A stretch of DNA of 64,000 bases from a virus (IMGVR_UViG_3300010163_000002:96001-160000); one strand, 5' to 3'; shown: positions 9,890 through 20,720, counted from the first letter of the stretch. Notes: generated by a model not told the origin, from the letters alone. Program-made: numbers and translations.

Positions 9890-12193
9890 TTATATAATAT
9901 CTTCTTTACGAACTTTAATACCTCTGAAAAATACAGATTTATCAGACTGTAATTCAGTAATATATTTAAGTTCAGCTTTACAATCTTCTATTGTATATTG
10001 TTTAAGAGTTCTTCCAAGTCCTGGAATTATAGTTGACTTGCCCAACATCTTAGGGTCCATCTCGCCCAAACCCTTATAACGCGTTAGATTAGAAGGTTCA
10101 AACTCACTAAATAGATTCATCAATCCCAATAAGCTTGTTTGCGCGCCATTTACAACGTAGAATCTATCAGAATTATAAATCATATCTACCAATTCCTTAC
10201 AATCATTTAACATCTGAGCTGTACAGAACATTGTCTGATATTTAAAACCTACCAATCCTCTTATGGTTGTTATACCATTTTCTTTTGTTACTTTAGTAAA
10301 TTTAAACTGTTTCTCTACAACAGATTTAAATTTATTTGCGGATAGTTCTTTATTATATAAAACAAATTCTAGCAAAACAGGATCAATCGCATATGTTAAT
10401 GATACATGATTTATAAATTTTACATAATCAATATTATCATATAATATTTTTGTTATCTCCTGTTTTGTATATTTTCTACCGGTTAAGCTCTTTACTTCGT
10501 TCTCTGCACAAAATATATCCTGTACATATTTAACATAATCTATTTTGTTTTCAAAGAATTTCATTTTGTTCTTATTCAAAGATATTCCGTACAACGGCGG
10601 AGTTGCAGCATATAATTTACCCTGCTCAATAACAAACGGTAAATATCTTAAGAATAAACCAAATACTAAGCATTGAATATGCGCGCCATCTGCATCTGAA
10701 TCTGTTGCTATGATTACTTTAGATGGTCTAAACGCATCCGGATCAAATTTTCTTTGATATCCAGTATAACCACATATTTTGAAAATAGAAGCAACTTCCT
10801 CGTTCTCAAAATACTTTTTAGTCGGTGTAGTGAATGCGTTTATCATTTTACCCCTAATAGGCATAATGCCTTGAGTTGCCTTATCTCTATTATTTTCCAT
10901 GCCAGATGCGGCACTATCGCCCTCTGTTATGATAAGCTCAAATGCCCCTTTATGGTTGGGCTTCTTATACTTAGCCGGCATTCCTGACACTACAGATGAT
11001 GTATATTTGTCAGACATTTTGATTTTTTCACCGTCTGTTTTGATTCTTATTTCGCATACTTCTTTTAAATATTTAGAAATTCTCTGTAAATCTCCAGGAT
11101 TTAATTTTGCCCATTCGTTAAGAGCTCTAAGAGTAACATCATATACGAATGGTTTCATATCTTCCTTAGAAAAGATTTCCTTAGATTGGCCGGTAAACAT
11201 TGGACTAATATGAAAAGCTGACACTACAGCTCTTAGTCCCGTTCTAATATCCTGTGCATTAACTTGAAGTTTTTTGTTATTCGCTAAGTATATTTTGTTC
11301 ATATAATCACGAAAATACTTAACGATAGCATCCAAGAGTCCGTCGATATGTGTACCTGCCGAAGTCGGGCACATATTCGCAAAGCCCAATATATTTGGGT
11401 CGTCCATATTGGCTACGTCGTATGAAAATAATACTTCTATCTTCATCGTACCATTGTCTTCAGAAAAATGTATAGGATTAAAGACCTTCTTTTCGCATAT
11501 GTTATCCATAAGTTCATAAAGGCCATTCTTATTTTCTAATATTTCTTTTCCGGCTCTACCAAATGAATCAATATGATTAAATGTAACAATTGTCCCAATA
11601 ACACAAGTATGAACAATTAACCATATTAAGTTTCTTACTTCATTTACAGAAACCGTAATATCTCCCATCATACCAGACGGGGCAAATGTTGTAATAAGAC
11701 CATGCGACTTAGCATGTTTTCCAATATTCTGTAATCCTTTATTATCTATTACTCCTTCATTAAATACTACTTTAGCAGCCGAACCATCTTCTCTGTATGA
11801 CTCTACAATAAAGAATTTTGATAAATAGTTTGTAATAGTAGCTCCCATACCATTCTTACCAGAACTGTACTCTCCACTACCTTCTTTCTTATCATAATTT
11901 GACGATGAATGCAATATTGAAAATACAGGAACCAAATCATTAAGTTCAATTCCTGGGCCGTTATCTTCAATAATGCACACATGAGACCTTTCATCATATG
12001 ACATGTTAATTTTTTTATCTAACGTCCATCCTTTATTAATGGCATCAGTTGAGTTCTGTAATATTTCTCTGATCATATTAATGAATCCAGCATTACCCAG
12101 AGCACCAATATATACATCAGGCAATTTTCTTACAGCTTCAAGATCGCTTTTAAGGTATTCAATTTTCTTTTGTTTTTTGACTGAATCTGCCAT
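9890..12193 (-). CDS. gyrB: Type IIA topoisomerase / DNA gyrase subunit B
   Basis: GHKL ATPase 'EILQNSTD', 'DNGPGI', 'GKNGMG'; TOPRIM 'EGDSA', 'PIRGK', 'TDSDADGAHI'; 'RYKGLGEM'. Confidence 0.95.
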   Translation of the reverse strand: MADSVKKQKKIEYLKSDLEAVRKLPDVYIGALGNAGFINMIREILQNSTDAINKGWTLDKKINMSYDERSHVCIIEDNGPGIELNDLVPVFSILHSSSNYDKKEGSGEYSSGKNGMGATITNYLSKFFIVESYREDGSAAKVVFNEGVIDNKGLQNIGKHAKSHGLITTFAPSGMMGDITVSVNEVRNLIWLIVHTCVIGTIVTFNHIDSFGRAGKEILENKNGLYELMDNICEKKVFNPIHFSEDNGTMKIEVLFSYDVANMDDPNILGFANMCPTSAGTHIDGLLDAIVKYFRDYMNKIYLANNKKLQVNAQDIRTGLRAVVSAFHISPMFTGQSKEIFSKEDMKPFVYDVTLRALNEWAKLNPGDLQRISKYLKEVCEIRIKTDGEKIKMSDKYTSSVVSGMPAKYKKPNHKGAFELIITEGDSAASGMENNRDKATQGIMPIRGKMINAFTTPTKKYFENEEVASIFKICGYTGYQRKFDPDAFRPSKVIIATDSDADGAHIQCLVFGLFLRYLPFVIEQGKLYAATPPLYGISLNKNKMKFFENKIDYVKYVQDIFCAENEVKSLTGRKYTKQEITKILYDNIDYVKFINHVSLTYAIDPVLLEFVLYNKELSANKFKSVVEKQFKFTKVTKENGITTIRGLVGFKYQTMFCTAQMLNDCKELVDMIYNSDRFYVVNGAQTSLLGLMNLFSEFEPSNLTRYKGLGEMDPKMLGKSTIIPGLGRTLKQYTIEDCKAELKYITELQSDKSVFFRGIKVRKEDII

Positions 12194-12270
12194 TTATAAC
12201 ACTCCTTTCTTTAATTGTTTATTTTAAGGTTTATCGCGTTATAAAAAACAACTTGTTACAATATAATTGA

Positions 12271-12292
12271 GCGGAGGGAGTTATCCCTCCGC
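12271..12292. terminator. Hairpin terminator
   Basis: GCGGAGGGA-gtta-TCCCTCCGC. Confidence 0.75.
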
Positions 12293-12324
12293 CCTACTTT
12301 CTTGTTAAGTCATTATTGTAGATA

Positions 12325-13335
12325 TTAAAGTTCAATCTTCTTTTCAGACTTAACAGTCCCATCAGCCTGCTGTGTTACAGTTGAACCGTTAGGAGTTGTT
12401 CCTCCATTTACCGGCTGCTGCTGCGCAGGTCCATTCATAGGCTGCTGGGGAGTTCCAAATACAGGATTATTCATTGTCTGCTGATTTCCCATTGGGTTCA
12501 TCTGCTGTACATAATATCCCTGCTGGGGCTGACTGTATACAGATCCTCCCATCATATTGTTTGCCTGCTGTACAAACTGCTGATTCGGAGCCATAGGATT
12601 CACACCATATGGAACGCCCTGAGGAGCCTGCATAGGATTTACCATCGGATTAGCAGGCTGCATTGGCTGCTGCTGATACATATTCATTGCCGGATTCATA
12701 GGCTGTGCATAATACCCCTGCTGAGGATAATACTGCTGCGCGTAATACCCCTGAGACGGGCCATATGCCCCACCACCGAACAGACTGTTGTATGCGCTAT
12801 AAACGCCGGCATCATTAGCGTTGAATACTCCATTAGCATGATAATACTTGTTGAAGTTATTCATCGCATACTCATGAATATCCGGATACTTCTGCAACAG
12901 TGGGATCATATTAAACAGATCTCTTGTGAGCTCTGTTGGCAGATCGCCAAGCCATTTTGCATTCTGCATCTGATCCAGAAGCTGATCAACAATATCAATG
13001 ATCTCTTCTTTGGATTTCATTTCCGGTTTCCATCTTACTTGACAGATCGGACAATATACGTCGCCGCTACCATCATTAATCGGCTGCACAACATCTCTAT
13101 GGTTTTCGTCCTTATGTGTACAAATGGACCGGATAACATCGTTCCTGTCTACCGTCAGATTGATCTGTGAAGCATTTGGTCTGCTATTCCTAAGAATCTG
13201 CATTTCCTCTGATGTAAGAGCATTCTGATTAACCGGTGTCGGAATGTTAGCATAACCCATCGGATTATATCCGTACATATACGTGTTAGGGTCATACTGC
13301 TGTGCGTTTGGCTGGTAATAATTCATTACTTCCAT
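12325..13335 (-). CDS. Protein with putative Zn-binding core and Q/P/N/Y/M-rich low-complexity C-terminus
   Basis: 'CTH...CPIC'; roughly 140-aa prion-like tail (YYAQQYYPQQGYYAQPMNPAMNMYQQQ...). Confidence 0.75.
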   Translation of the reverse strand: MEVMNYYQPNAQQYDPNTYMYGYNPMGYANIPTPVNQNALTSEEMQILRNSRPNASQINLTVDRNDVIRSICTHKDENHRDVVQPINDGSGDVYCPICQVRWKPEMKSKEEIIDIVDQLLDQMQNAKWLGDLPTELTRDLFNMIPLLQKYPDIHEYAMNNFNKYYHANGVFNANDAGVYSAYNSLFGGGAYGPSQGYYAQQYYPQQGYYAQPMNPAMNMYQQQPMQPANPMVNPMQAPQGVPYGVNPMAPNQQFVQQANNMMGGSVYSQPQQGYYVQQMNPMGNQQTMNNPVFGTPQQPMNGPAQQQPVNGGTTPNGSTVTQQADGTVKSEKKIEL

Positions 13336-13462
13336 TTTAATTCCTCCTATGTTTTAGATTTTTTATAATGAATATCATAACAGGTATAGAGCATTAACTC
13401 TATACCCAGCTATGATATACAATTACTTCTTTGTTTGCTAATTGATATTTTATCATTTTTAT

Positions 13463-14020
13463 TTACGAATTAGTTTTAGATTCTTCATCCTTAAGTGAGT
13501 TTATATATTTATTACGTTCCCTGACAGATAATGTTTCTTTAAATGGCTCAGTAAATTTACCTTCATAATAGCTGTCATCATCATTGATGGATTTATGACC
13601 ATCAATAATCCCCATCATCTTATTAATATCTGTAGGATACATATTTACACGATTAGGATCAAGAGCTTCTGTAAACATACTGATTATATGCTCTTTATAT
13701 TGAGCACTAATGCATCCGAGCGAATCTATTGATTCTCCCAGCAAGCTAAGTGGTAGTCTTGCTATTTCCATGCCTTGAATACATTCGTAATCATAGGCAA
13801 AGCACGTAAGTTCTCCTTCTGAGTTTTGAGGAGATTGCATTAGTTGAGGGCTGAGTAAGCGATATACATATATGATACCGTTATCATCATCCCATTTTGT
13901 GAATTGTAACTTATTAGTCTCGTCTATAACTCCATTATTATTATCGAGGAATACTCGTACAGGTATATTTTTTCCTGCCTTAAGAGCTGTTCTCATTTTA
14001 ATGAGTTTATCTTTTTCCAT
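13463..14020 (-). CDS. Hypothetical protein
   Basis: 185-aa ORF, AAGGAGG RBS. Confidence 0.75.
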   Translation of the reverse strand: MEKDKLIKMRTALKAGKNIPVRVFLDNNNGVIDETNKLQFTKWDDDNGIIYVYRLLSPQLMQSPQNSEGELTCFAYDYECIQGMEIARLPLSLLGESIDSLGCISAQYKEHIISMFTEALDPNRVNMYPTDINKMMGIIDGHKSINDDDSYYEGKFTEPFKETLSVRERNKYINSLKDEESKTNS

Positions 14021-14047
14021 GTTATTAACCTCCTTAATGAGATAATA

Positions 14048-14073
14048 AACCTAGGGTTAAATAGCCCTAGGTT
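14048..14073. terminator. Hairpin terminator
   Basis: AACCTAGGG-ttaaatag-CCCTAGGTT. Confidence 0.65.
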
Positions 14074-14097
14074 AAATCTGTCGCTTTACCAAAATGT

Positions 14098-14562
14098 TTA
14101 AAGGGCTGAAATCTCCCTGCTATCTATCATTTTGATATTCATTAATGTTATCTCTGGCTCACAGCCCATGCTTACATTTGTAAACATGCTAAGGATAGCC
14201 CCCCAATTCTTACTTCTTGCATTTTGAACAATCTGTTGCTGAGATGCAAATACTCTTTCCTGAATAATGTCCATAGATGGAAACATTTTGACATTTTTAT
14301 TCAGCGCCTCGTTAATATAGAAGTTTAACGAATTTGAAAGTATTGTTGCCTGCACATAATTATCTTGTGCCTCTGCAATACAAGCCTGCAGTACCTGAGG
14401 GTTACGAAAATAATTATAATCCTGAGGCTGAATTAAATCGTATCTTATATCTTTAATGATACGTTTAACATTTCTACGAATGTCATCAATTGCTACTCGA
14501 TTGAAGAAGTTGGGATCATTATTCTGCCCCCTCTTCTCTGTAAAATAACTTGGTCTGGCCAT
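14098..14562 (-). CDS. Hypothetical protein
   Basis: 154-aa ORF, GAGGA RBS. Confidence 0.7.
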   Translation of the reverse strand: MARPSYFTEKRGQNNDPNFFNRVAIDDIRRNVKRIIKDIRYDLIQPQDYNYFRNPQVLQACIAEAQDNYVQATILSNSLNFYINEALNKNVKMFPSMDIIQERVFASQQQIVQNARSKNWGAILSMFTNVSMGCEPEITLMNIKMIDSREISAL

Positions 14563-14580
14563 TTACTTATCCTCCTCTAA

Positions 14581-14946
14581 TTATTCCACCTTACCATATC
14601 TAATTGGCGTATCGTCGCAACATAAAGTAACATTTGGAACCACAGTATAACCTTCTGGTTCGATTCCATTTTGTGCAGCAAACTCATTAGCTTGTTTTTC
14701 AGATTCAAACTCTATGGTTTGTAATGCATCTCCATTACTATACAGCAAATATCCATCAGATATTATATTTTTTATGCAATATAATGTAATATTTTCTATT
14801 GAATCAAAAATATCATCTTCAACTAGTTTTTCTTTGCCGCATTTTGGGCAATAGCCGTAATTCATTCCAGTGAATGAATTTTTCATATCTGGAAGTATAA
14901 AACCACCACAGTTTTTATGGCGTTTTACGATTCTTTTATTTTCCAT
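14581..14946 (-). CDS. Hypothetical protein with N-terminal Zn-ribbon
   Basis: 'HKNCGG...YCPKCG'. Confidence 0.65.
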   Translation of the reverse strand: MENKRIVKRHKNCGGFILPDMKNSFTGMNYGYCPKCGKEKLVEDDIFDSIENITLYCIKNIISDGYLLYSNGDALQTIEFESEKQANEFAAQNGIEPEGYTVVPNVTLCCDDTPIRYGKVE

Positions 14947-14960
14947 TCACTTATCCTCCT

Positions 14961-15377
14961 CTATTTTAACTCATTCATTGATATATTACCATCCATGAAT
15001 GATTCCATACCGACTTTAGCTGAATTATCTACTTCTAAACTAATATCGTTAATACGTTTAAATTCTTCCTCATCCCAATCACCTTTGATATATTCATCAA
15101 TATCAAAGCCATCATCATAGAAGTCTCCCACATATTTCATAAACGCATAAATTGATTTACGCTCATTCAATTTGCAGCTTTCTACAAGAATAAAACTACG
15201 TTCGAAATTTACACTTTCGAAAATGAGACAATCCTTAATCAGCTCGTATGCTGCCGTTCTACCTGTAACAATGTCCCATAAATCTGCAGCATCATTTAAT
15301 GCCAAGCATATTAAGTACTGTTTTAACTCAGGATTTTTCTGAGTATTATCAATAATTCTTACCATTTCTTTACCCAT
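14961..15377 (-). CDS. Hypothetical protein
   Basis: 138-aa ORF, AGGAGG RBS; N-terminal EMVRIID motif. Confidence 0.7.
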   Translation of the reverse strand: MGKEMVRIIDNTQKNPELKQYLICLALNDAADLWDIVTGRTAAYELIKDCLIFESVNFERSFILVESCKLNERKSIYAFMKYVGDFYDDGFDIDEYIKGDWDEEEFKRINDISLEVDNSAKVGMESFMDGNISMNELK

Positions 15378-15448
15378 TATAAATTCCTCCTTTTTATTTA
15401 AACATTATTGTTTTCTTATATCGTTATAATATACTACTAAAACGTATT

Positions 15449-16651
15449 TTACGCTTTTACGTATATTAATGCGGTATCTGCTCTAGATGCACCTACAAGA
15501 TTTAATGCATTTTGGCTAGTTCTTGAGCAATGTTCTTCTATATAAACGACTTTACCCCATTGCCCTCCTTGGCTTAGGTATGTCGTTATGGCATAAGCGA
15601 ATTCAAATAAGTTACCTTTAGTATATTTATTATTTTTTATTGTGTTTCTTATAGTATAATCTGAAGTAATGTATTTATAGTTGCATCTGGAATTAAAGAA
15701 TATAGCGTTTGGAGCCATTTCAGGAGCAAATGTCATACTAAATAATTCCCCATCATAAGATGAAACATCTGGATTCGTTAATACTTTACATATTAATCCA
15801 TTTGTTAGATTTATTTCTGTACCATTGCTTAATGACACCCCTTCAAGCCAATTATTTGATCTAGATACTACTTTTTCTCCAAATTGAGGTAATTCTGATG
15901 TATATCCTTTAAGTGAACGTACACGAGCATTTAATTCATCTCTTGTTTTATTAGTACCGCATATTATTATATCGGCCCATAACAACATATCGTCAGTTAA
16001 TTGATTTCTGTTAATTACCAGGCTATTACCATAATAACCATTTGGTATGCCGTATCCTTGACCAACGCATGTGGCTATATAATTGATATCATCCTTACCA
16101 ATTTGTCTCATGCATTTTGTTAATCTTAGTATTTTGCCACCATTAAGAAATGCTGGTTCGTCTCCTATAGGTGGTAACTGATGTTCGTCACCACATACAA
16201 GAATTTTTATACCAAACTCTTTAATACATTCGCCTATACTTGCTGGCAAGCAATATCCTTCATCTATAACTATAAGTTCTATTTTATCATCAAGCTTATA
16301 ACGTTTACAAAACTTTTGTACCATAATTGGTACATTAAGAAGATTATCGTACATTATATGCCCGTATTTATCTCTCATTGGTTCTCCCACAACATTAAAT
16401 ACCCATGAATGGGCTGTCTTTGCTGTAGGAAAACCTTTCATACGCATTACTAAAGATGCTGTTCCTGTAAAGCTCATAGGCGCAACTTCAGTGTTTAAAT
16501 CTAATCCTAAGGTTTTAACTATTTCCATTAGCACTACAGATTTTCCTGCTCCTGGCACTCCAGCATATTGAAATACTTGATCGCCGCTAAGATGAAACCA
16601 TTTTACAGCTTCTCTCACTATAGTTTTCTGTTCATCATTTAATGTAAACAT
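15449..16651 (-). CDS. RecD/Dda-like superfamily 1B helicase
   Basis: Walker A 'GVPGAGKS', 'IVIDE', 'GDEHQLPP', 'LTKCMRQ', 'FAYAITTYLSQG'. Confidence 0.88.
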   Translation of the reverse strand: MFTLNDEQKTIVREAVKWFHLSGDQVFQYAGVPGAGKSVVLMEIVKTLGLDLNTEVAPMSFTGTASLVMRMKGFPTAKTAHSWVFNVVGEPMRDKYGHIMYDNLLNVPIMVQKFCKRYKLDDKIELIVIDEGYCLPASIGECIKEFGIKILVCGDEHQLPPIGDEPAFLNGGKILRLTKCMRQIGKDDINYIATCVGQGYGIPNGYYGNSLVINRNQLTDDMLLWADIIICGTNKTRDELNARVRSLKGYTSELPQFGEKVVSRSNNWLEGVSLSNGTEINLTNGLICKVLTNPDVSSYDGELFSMTFAPEMAPNAIFFNSRCNYKYITSDYTIRNTIKNNKYTKGNLFEFAYAITTYLSQGGQWGKVVYIEEHCSRTSQNALNLVGASRADTALIYVKA

Positions 16652-17031
16652 ATCAACTCATACCCTTCAGTATTACAGTATTTTTCTATGTCGCATTTAC
16701 GTGCTATGATTACGTCGCCATTTATATTTTTTACCATTATTAGCTCATTAGGATTATTTTTTATTTTATTTGCATCTTTGTTAAATTTGTTGACTACTTT
16801 ATACTTGCCAGGTTTATTAATCAATATAAAATCATCAACTAATTTCTTATGCATACATACTGCATAATTAGTATATTTATATTCTGATTTTTTGCCAAGT
16901 AATTTTTGTATGAAATTTGGTTTTACTAAATTTCTTTCTAGTATTTCATAATATATAATACCATCTTTAGACATTATCATCCTCCTTAATGAGATTATTT
17001 TCTTGATTTTGTGGGAGGTTGTACATCCCAT
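16639..17031 (-). CDS. Hypothetical protein
   Basis: ORF in operon; true start probably at the MIMSKD after AGGAGG. Confidence 0.6.
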   Translation of the reverse strand: MGCTTSHKIKKIISLRRMIMSKDGIIYYEILERNLVKPNFIQKLLGKKSEYKYTNYAVCMHKKLVDDFILINKPGKYKVVNKFNKDANKIKNNPNELIMVKNINGDVIIARKCDIEKYCNTEGYELICLH

Positions 17032-17495
17032 GCGTTAAAATCATATAAATGCTCGGTCTTATTAATTTTACAAATAAGATTGAGTATTCTTAATGATTCG
17101 TTAGTAAATGCTTTTGATTGCATTTGTAATGTTTTGTCGCCTTTAATATAAGACATAACAAAATGCCCTTTATCGCTTCCTGGAATTGGAGATTGATCCA
17201 TTGCTACTATTTCATTGGCAATATGATTTTTAAGATATCTAAATGCAAGTATCTCTGTCAATCGTGGATTTTCAATAAGATTAAAATCAATCTCATTGTG
17301 CTCAAGCACTGGATATTCATAATCGCAATACTTGATAAATTTTTCTTTTATTTGAATAATACTTTGTTCTTCCATGTCATAGATATGATCGTTATCGTCT
17401 ATATCTAATCCTGTCTCTCGCATGAATGCATCATTGAACGCGAGTTTAATATTAAAGAATTCTTTTTCTTTTTTAGTCATTTGTTTACCCTCCAT
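16995..17495 (-). CDS. Hypothetical protein
   Basis: ORF heading the helicase operon. Confidence 0.7.
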   Translation of the reverse strand: MEGKQMTKKEKEFFNIKLAFNDAFMRETGLDIDDNDHIYDMEEQSIIQIKEKFIKYCDYEYPVLEHNEIDFNLIENPRLTEILAFRYLKNHIANEIVAMDQSPIPGSDKGHFVMSYIKGDKTLQMQSKAFTNESLRILNLICKINKTEHLYDFNAWDVQPPTKSRK

Positions 17496-17519
17496 TTTAT
17501 ATTAATCGTTATTTGCTTT

Positions 17520-17532
17520 GACATTGTTATAA
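17520..17532 (+). promoter_or_regulatory. ACA-N6-TAA phage promoter motif
   Basis: GACA-ttgtta-TAA upstream of the baseplate genes. Confidence 0.55.
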
Positions 17533-17535
17533 TAT

Positions 17536-17934
17536 ATGATTTCTATTTATTTTAAAGTACGGAGGCGTATAAAAATGAGCAACTCTAAATATCAGACTGA
17601 AATAGGAATAATTCAGAAAAAAATTTTAGCATTTAAACCATGTTATGCTAAATTGAAAATACCGGCTTTCTTTGGGATGGACGATGAAACTACAGTGGAT
17701 ATTGTAATGCCATTGCATATATCCATAACATATGGTGATGTAGTAATTCCAAAGGGAACCAAAGTAATTATTCAGGCTGTACAAGGAAATTACAATGATT
17801 TAAAAATTATAGGATTTTATGATAAACCAAAAAATTATGACTTCATAAATATGCTTTCTAAATATTTAATTGGAGATCCGCCAGAACCGCATTTACCAAA
17901 AGATTATGGGGTATACCCATATGATGAAGTATAA
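17536..17934 (+). CDS. Putative baseplate/tail-associated protein
   Basis: Late-type promoter motif; 'IPKGTKVIIQAVQGN...IIG' resembles baseplate-spike OB-fold; adjacent to gp53-like gene; likely start MSNSKY. Confidence 0.4.
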   Translation: MISIYFKVRRRIKMSNSKYQTEIGIIQKKILAFKPCYAKLKIPAFFGMDDETTVDIVMPLHISITYGDVVIPKGTKVIIQAVQGNYNDLKIIGFYDKPKNYDFINMLSKYLIGDPPEPHLPKDYGVYPYDEV

Positions 17935-17955
17935 TAAATTTGGAGGTGTAATATT

Positions 17956-18429
17956 ATGGATGCTAGATATGCATATCAAAAACCAGAAAATACATATACT
18001 CTAGATCAATTTATAGCATGTCAATCAGATGAATCATTCTGTTATGCAAATACATCATTCATAGACCAAATTGATAATATTAAATATTGTGCGTATAATG
18101 TGGCATCTGATTATATTGATGAACTGAGAGATGAATACTGCGTTAATGTGGCACTTTCTGAAAATGACGTTATTAGATATAAATATAGACCTAAATTATT
18201 AGCCTATGATGTATATGGCAATCAAGAATTATATTTCTTGATATTAATTATAAATGATATTTGCTCTACCAAAGATTTTACTATGACAAATTTAAAATTG
18301 CCAAATAAAGAAAATATGAAAAATATTTGCACTGCAATTTTTAATGCTAATAGAAAAGATATATTGCTATATAATGATGGCAATATAAGAACAAGTCAGC
18401 AGATAAAAGAAGAGCTAAAAAACATTTAA
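17956..18429 (+). CDS. Baseplate wedge protein, T4 gp53/LysM-like
   Basis: 'YKYRPKLLAYDVYGNQELYFLILIIN' matches the RPxxLAxxxYGxxxLxWxIxxxN pattern. Confidence 0.7.
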   Translation: MDARYAYQKPENTYTLDQFIACQSDESFCYANTSFIDQIDNIKYCAYNVASDYIDELRDEYCVNVALSENDVIRYKYRPKLLAYDVYGNQELYFLILIINDICSTKDFTMTNLKLPNKENMKNICTAIFNANRKDILLYNDGNIRTSQQIKEELKNI

Positions 18430-18442
18430 TTTTGAATTTATA

Positions 18443-18469
18443 ATCCCCATAGCCAATGGCTATGGGGAT
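18443..18469. terminator. Bidirectional hairpin terminator
   Basis: ATCCCCATAGCC-aat-GGCTATGGGGAT between convergent genes. Confidence 0.8.
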
Positions 18470-18473
18470 GTAT

Positions 18474-20252
18474 TTATGCATTTACTATTCTACACATATT
18501 ACCTTTATAGTACTTGTAATGAATATTCTGATTATTATGCATAATCATATACATATTCATAGCAGCAAATGCCGCTGCATTAGCAAACATATTTGTCTCG
18601 CTTTCAGGGAATTTAACATCATTAAATTCTACTATGCGGCCAACTGTGCCATTATTTGTACCCATTCCAGGCAATTCTATGCCTTCACGCATTGTTGTCT
18701 TATGCACAGGCAAAGTTGAGTAGATATCTTCAACAAATTTAATAGTGTTCTTAATATACGGCATATAGCATGTATATAGATCGTTATTAATATAATACCT
18801 ACTTTTAACCCTTTGCATTCCAAGAAATTTATTACCTTCTTTATCATACTCTGGTGCAATAAGACAAATCCAATCACTATTTTCAAGAATAAGGTTAGAT
18901 TCGCCGACATTAGATCTACCAATCAATCTTACCAGATCTGCCTTATTCTTTATACGTGCTTCATCAACAGAATTTGTTGCCACTCTATTAAGCTGAGACG
19001 CAGTAATAACTGGTATGTTTTTAAGTGTAGCAAATGTCTTAAATTCATTAACTACAGCTCCAAGTTGTACTCTTAGATCTCCTCCAAATGTACCCTCAAC
19101 AGATCTGATACGTTTGAGATAGTCCTGCAGTACACATATGACCTCATAGCCTTCATCTTCGAGATCTTCTGTCATTGTATATAAATATGATGTATCTACA
19201 GATAAATTAGGCTTGAATTTTATTATGATATCTATAGGATCATTAGAAGATAAGTGTAAATTACCTTTATTAACAAGTGCGTCCATAATTTCATCTTCGG
19301 AATAATTAAGCATCCCTTCACCAACGCACATGCTAAACAATCTTTCTACTGTTTCTTTAACTCCATTTTCCATTACTAAGAGTACTACGCAAGGCCTTTT
19401 AGTTGGATCTGCGCATTTGTATTCTCTATTATAACGTTTAAGTTGAATGGCCATATCAAGTAGAGTACTAGATTTACCTTCACCGGGTAATCCTAATATT
19501 GTATATACCCTTCCCGATTCAACGCCACCACCAGTCATAAGATTCAAAGCTTGAGTACCAAATTTAAGTTTGTTAGACGGAGAAGATAATTGTTTATACG
19601 TGCTTATCATAGCTTCAACATATCTATCTCCGGATAATGAGAAAGTAATATCTTCCGCTGCTTCTGCTCTGGCTCTTCTGAATTTAACTTGCATGGAGTT
19701 TATCCAGTTTTCAACTTCTCTTAATATTGGCCCTCTGTTAATATAATCAGTAGATTTAAATTTAGTTAATAATGACAAACCTAAATCAATATCATTATAT
19801 ACTATTGCATCTTTAAGTATTTGAGATACAGATTGGTTTACCCAATTAACCTCGTTATTATCCAATTCTGAAAAATCATCCAAAACATTTATACCTAAAC
19901 CACCGGTAATTTGTCTTAAAATCATCTTTCTATTAGTTAGATTATATTTTAATCTTGCTTCTATACCTTTATTGATAAAGTCTATTCTAGCAAGTCTTTC
20001 TTGATCATTATTATAAACATTCATATCTATGGTGAGGAATAAATTACGCAAATTAATCACATTTCCTCTACGAATGTTACGATTTTCAGAAAGTATATAT
20101 GAACACATCAAATCTAATTCTGTGATATCGAAATTTACATCTATTTTAAAATTTTGATTTTTTATTGGTGAATTAGGTTGATACCTCTGCCTTCTATCTT
20201 CCATTCTCTTACCACTCCTTACCCGGACACTAGTATCTTCATGTCCGGGCAT
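18474..20252 (-). CDS. dnaB: DnaB-like replicative helicase
   Basis: Walker A 'GLPGEGKS', 'LVMEN', 'QDYL', 'VITASQLNR', 'VKSRY'. Confidence 0.9.
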   Translation of the reverse strand: MPGHEDTSVRVRSGKRMEDRRQRYQPNSPIKNQNFKIDVNFDITELDLMCSYILSENRNIRRGNVINLRNLFLTIDMNVYNNDQERLARIDFINKGIEARLKYNLTNRKMILRQITGGLGINVLDDFSELDNNEVNWVNQSVSQILKDAIVYNDIDLGLSLLTKFKSTDYINRGPILREVENWINSMQVKFRRARAEAAEDITFSLSGDRYVEAMISTYKQLSSPSNKLKFGTQALNLMTGGGVESGRVYTILGLPGEGKSSTLLDMAIQLKRYNREYKCADPTKRPCVVLLVMENGVKETVERLFSMCVGEGMLNYSEDEIMDALVNKGNLHLSSNDPIDIIIKFKPNLSVDTSYLYTMTEDLEDEGYEVICVLQDYLKRIRSVEGTFGGDLRVQLGAVVNEFKTFATLKNIPVITASQLNRVATNSVDEARIKNKADLVRLIGRSNVGESNLILENSDWICLIAPEYDKEGNKFLGMQRVKSRYYINNDLYTCYMPYIKNTIKFVEDIYSTLPVHKTTMREGIELPGMGTNNGTVGRIVEFNDVKFPESETNMFANAAAFAAMNMYMIMHNNQNIHYKYYKGNMCRIVNA

Positions 20253-20280
20253 ATCATAATATCTAAATTAATTTACTTTA

Positions 20281-20718
20281 TTACTTTTTATCCTTAAATG
20301 CCAATCCAATTTTTCCGCATTCCTCTTTAATTATTTTATCCCTTACCCAATCGTCGCTTTTAACAAAAACCTCGCAATTGTAAAGTATACTTAAAATAAC
20401 ATCGGCTTTAAATTCTATTGCCTTGGATACAAAGTTATTTTTGATGCTGGCTGAGAATCCGCATATAGAAAGGAATATTATTACACATGCTACTATTATT
20501 CCTATATTAAATATCGCATCAGTATTTATTTTTGAAAAGCTTAACAATAGTACTGCCATGCCAATTATGCATGCTATTCTGACTACAAAATCTAATATGC
20601 CATATAATGTATTTATAGAAAATGTGGCCATTATATCAAAATACCTTGATAATCTCACTATTTCATCATCAGCTTCTTCAAGAGTTGTGAATAAGTATTT
20701 CTTTTCATTATCTCCCAT
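20281..20718 (-). CDS. Membrane protein (2 TM)
   Basis: Two long hydrophobic segments. Confidence 0.7.
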   Translation of the reverse strand: MGDNEKKYLFTTLEEADDEIVRLSRYFDIMATFSINTLYGILDFVVRIACIIGMAVLLLSFSKINTDAIFNIGIIVACVIIFLSICGFSASIKNNFVSKAIEFKADVILSILYNCEVFVKSDDWVRDKIIKEECGKIGLAFKDKK

Positions 20719-20720
20719 TT

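Noticed and set aside
17518-17533. TTGACA...TATAAT as a host sigma70 promoter (also TTGACA at 2137 and 55921)
   Set aside because: The spacing is 4 nt rather than about 17; the ACA-N6-TAA motif explains these sites.
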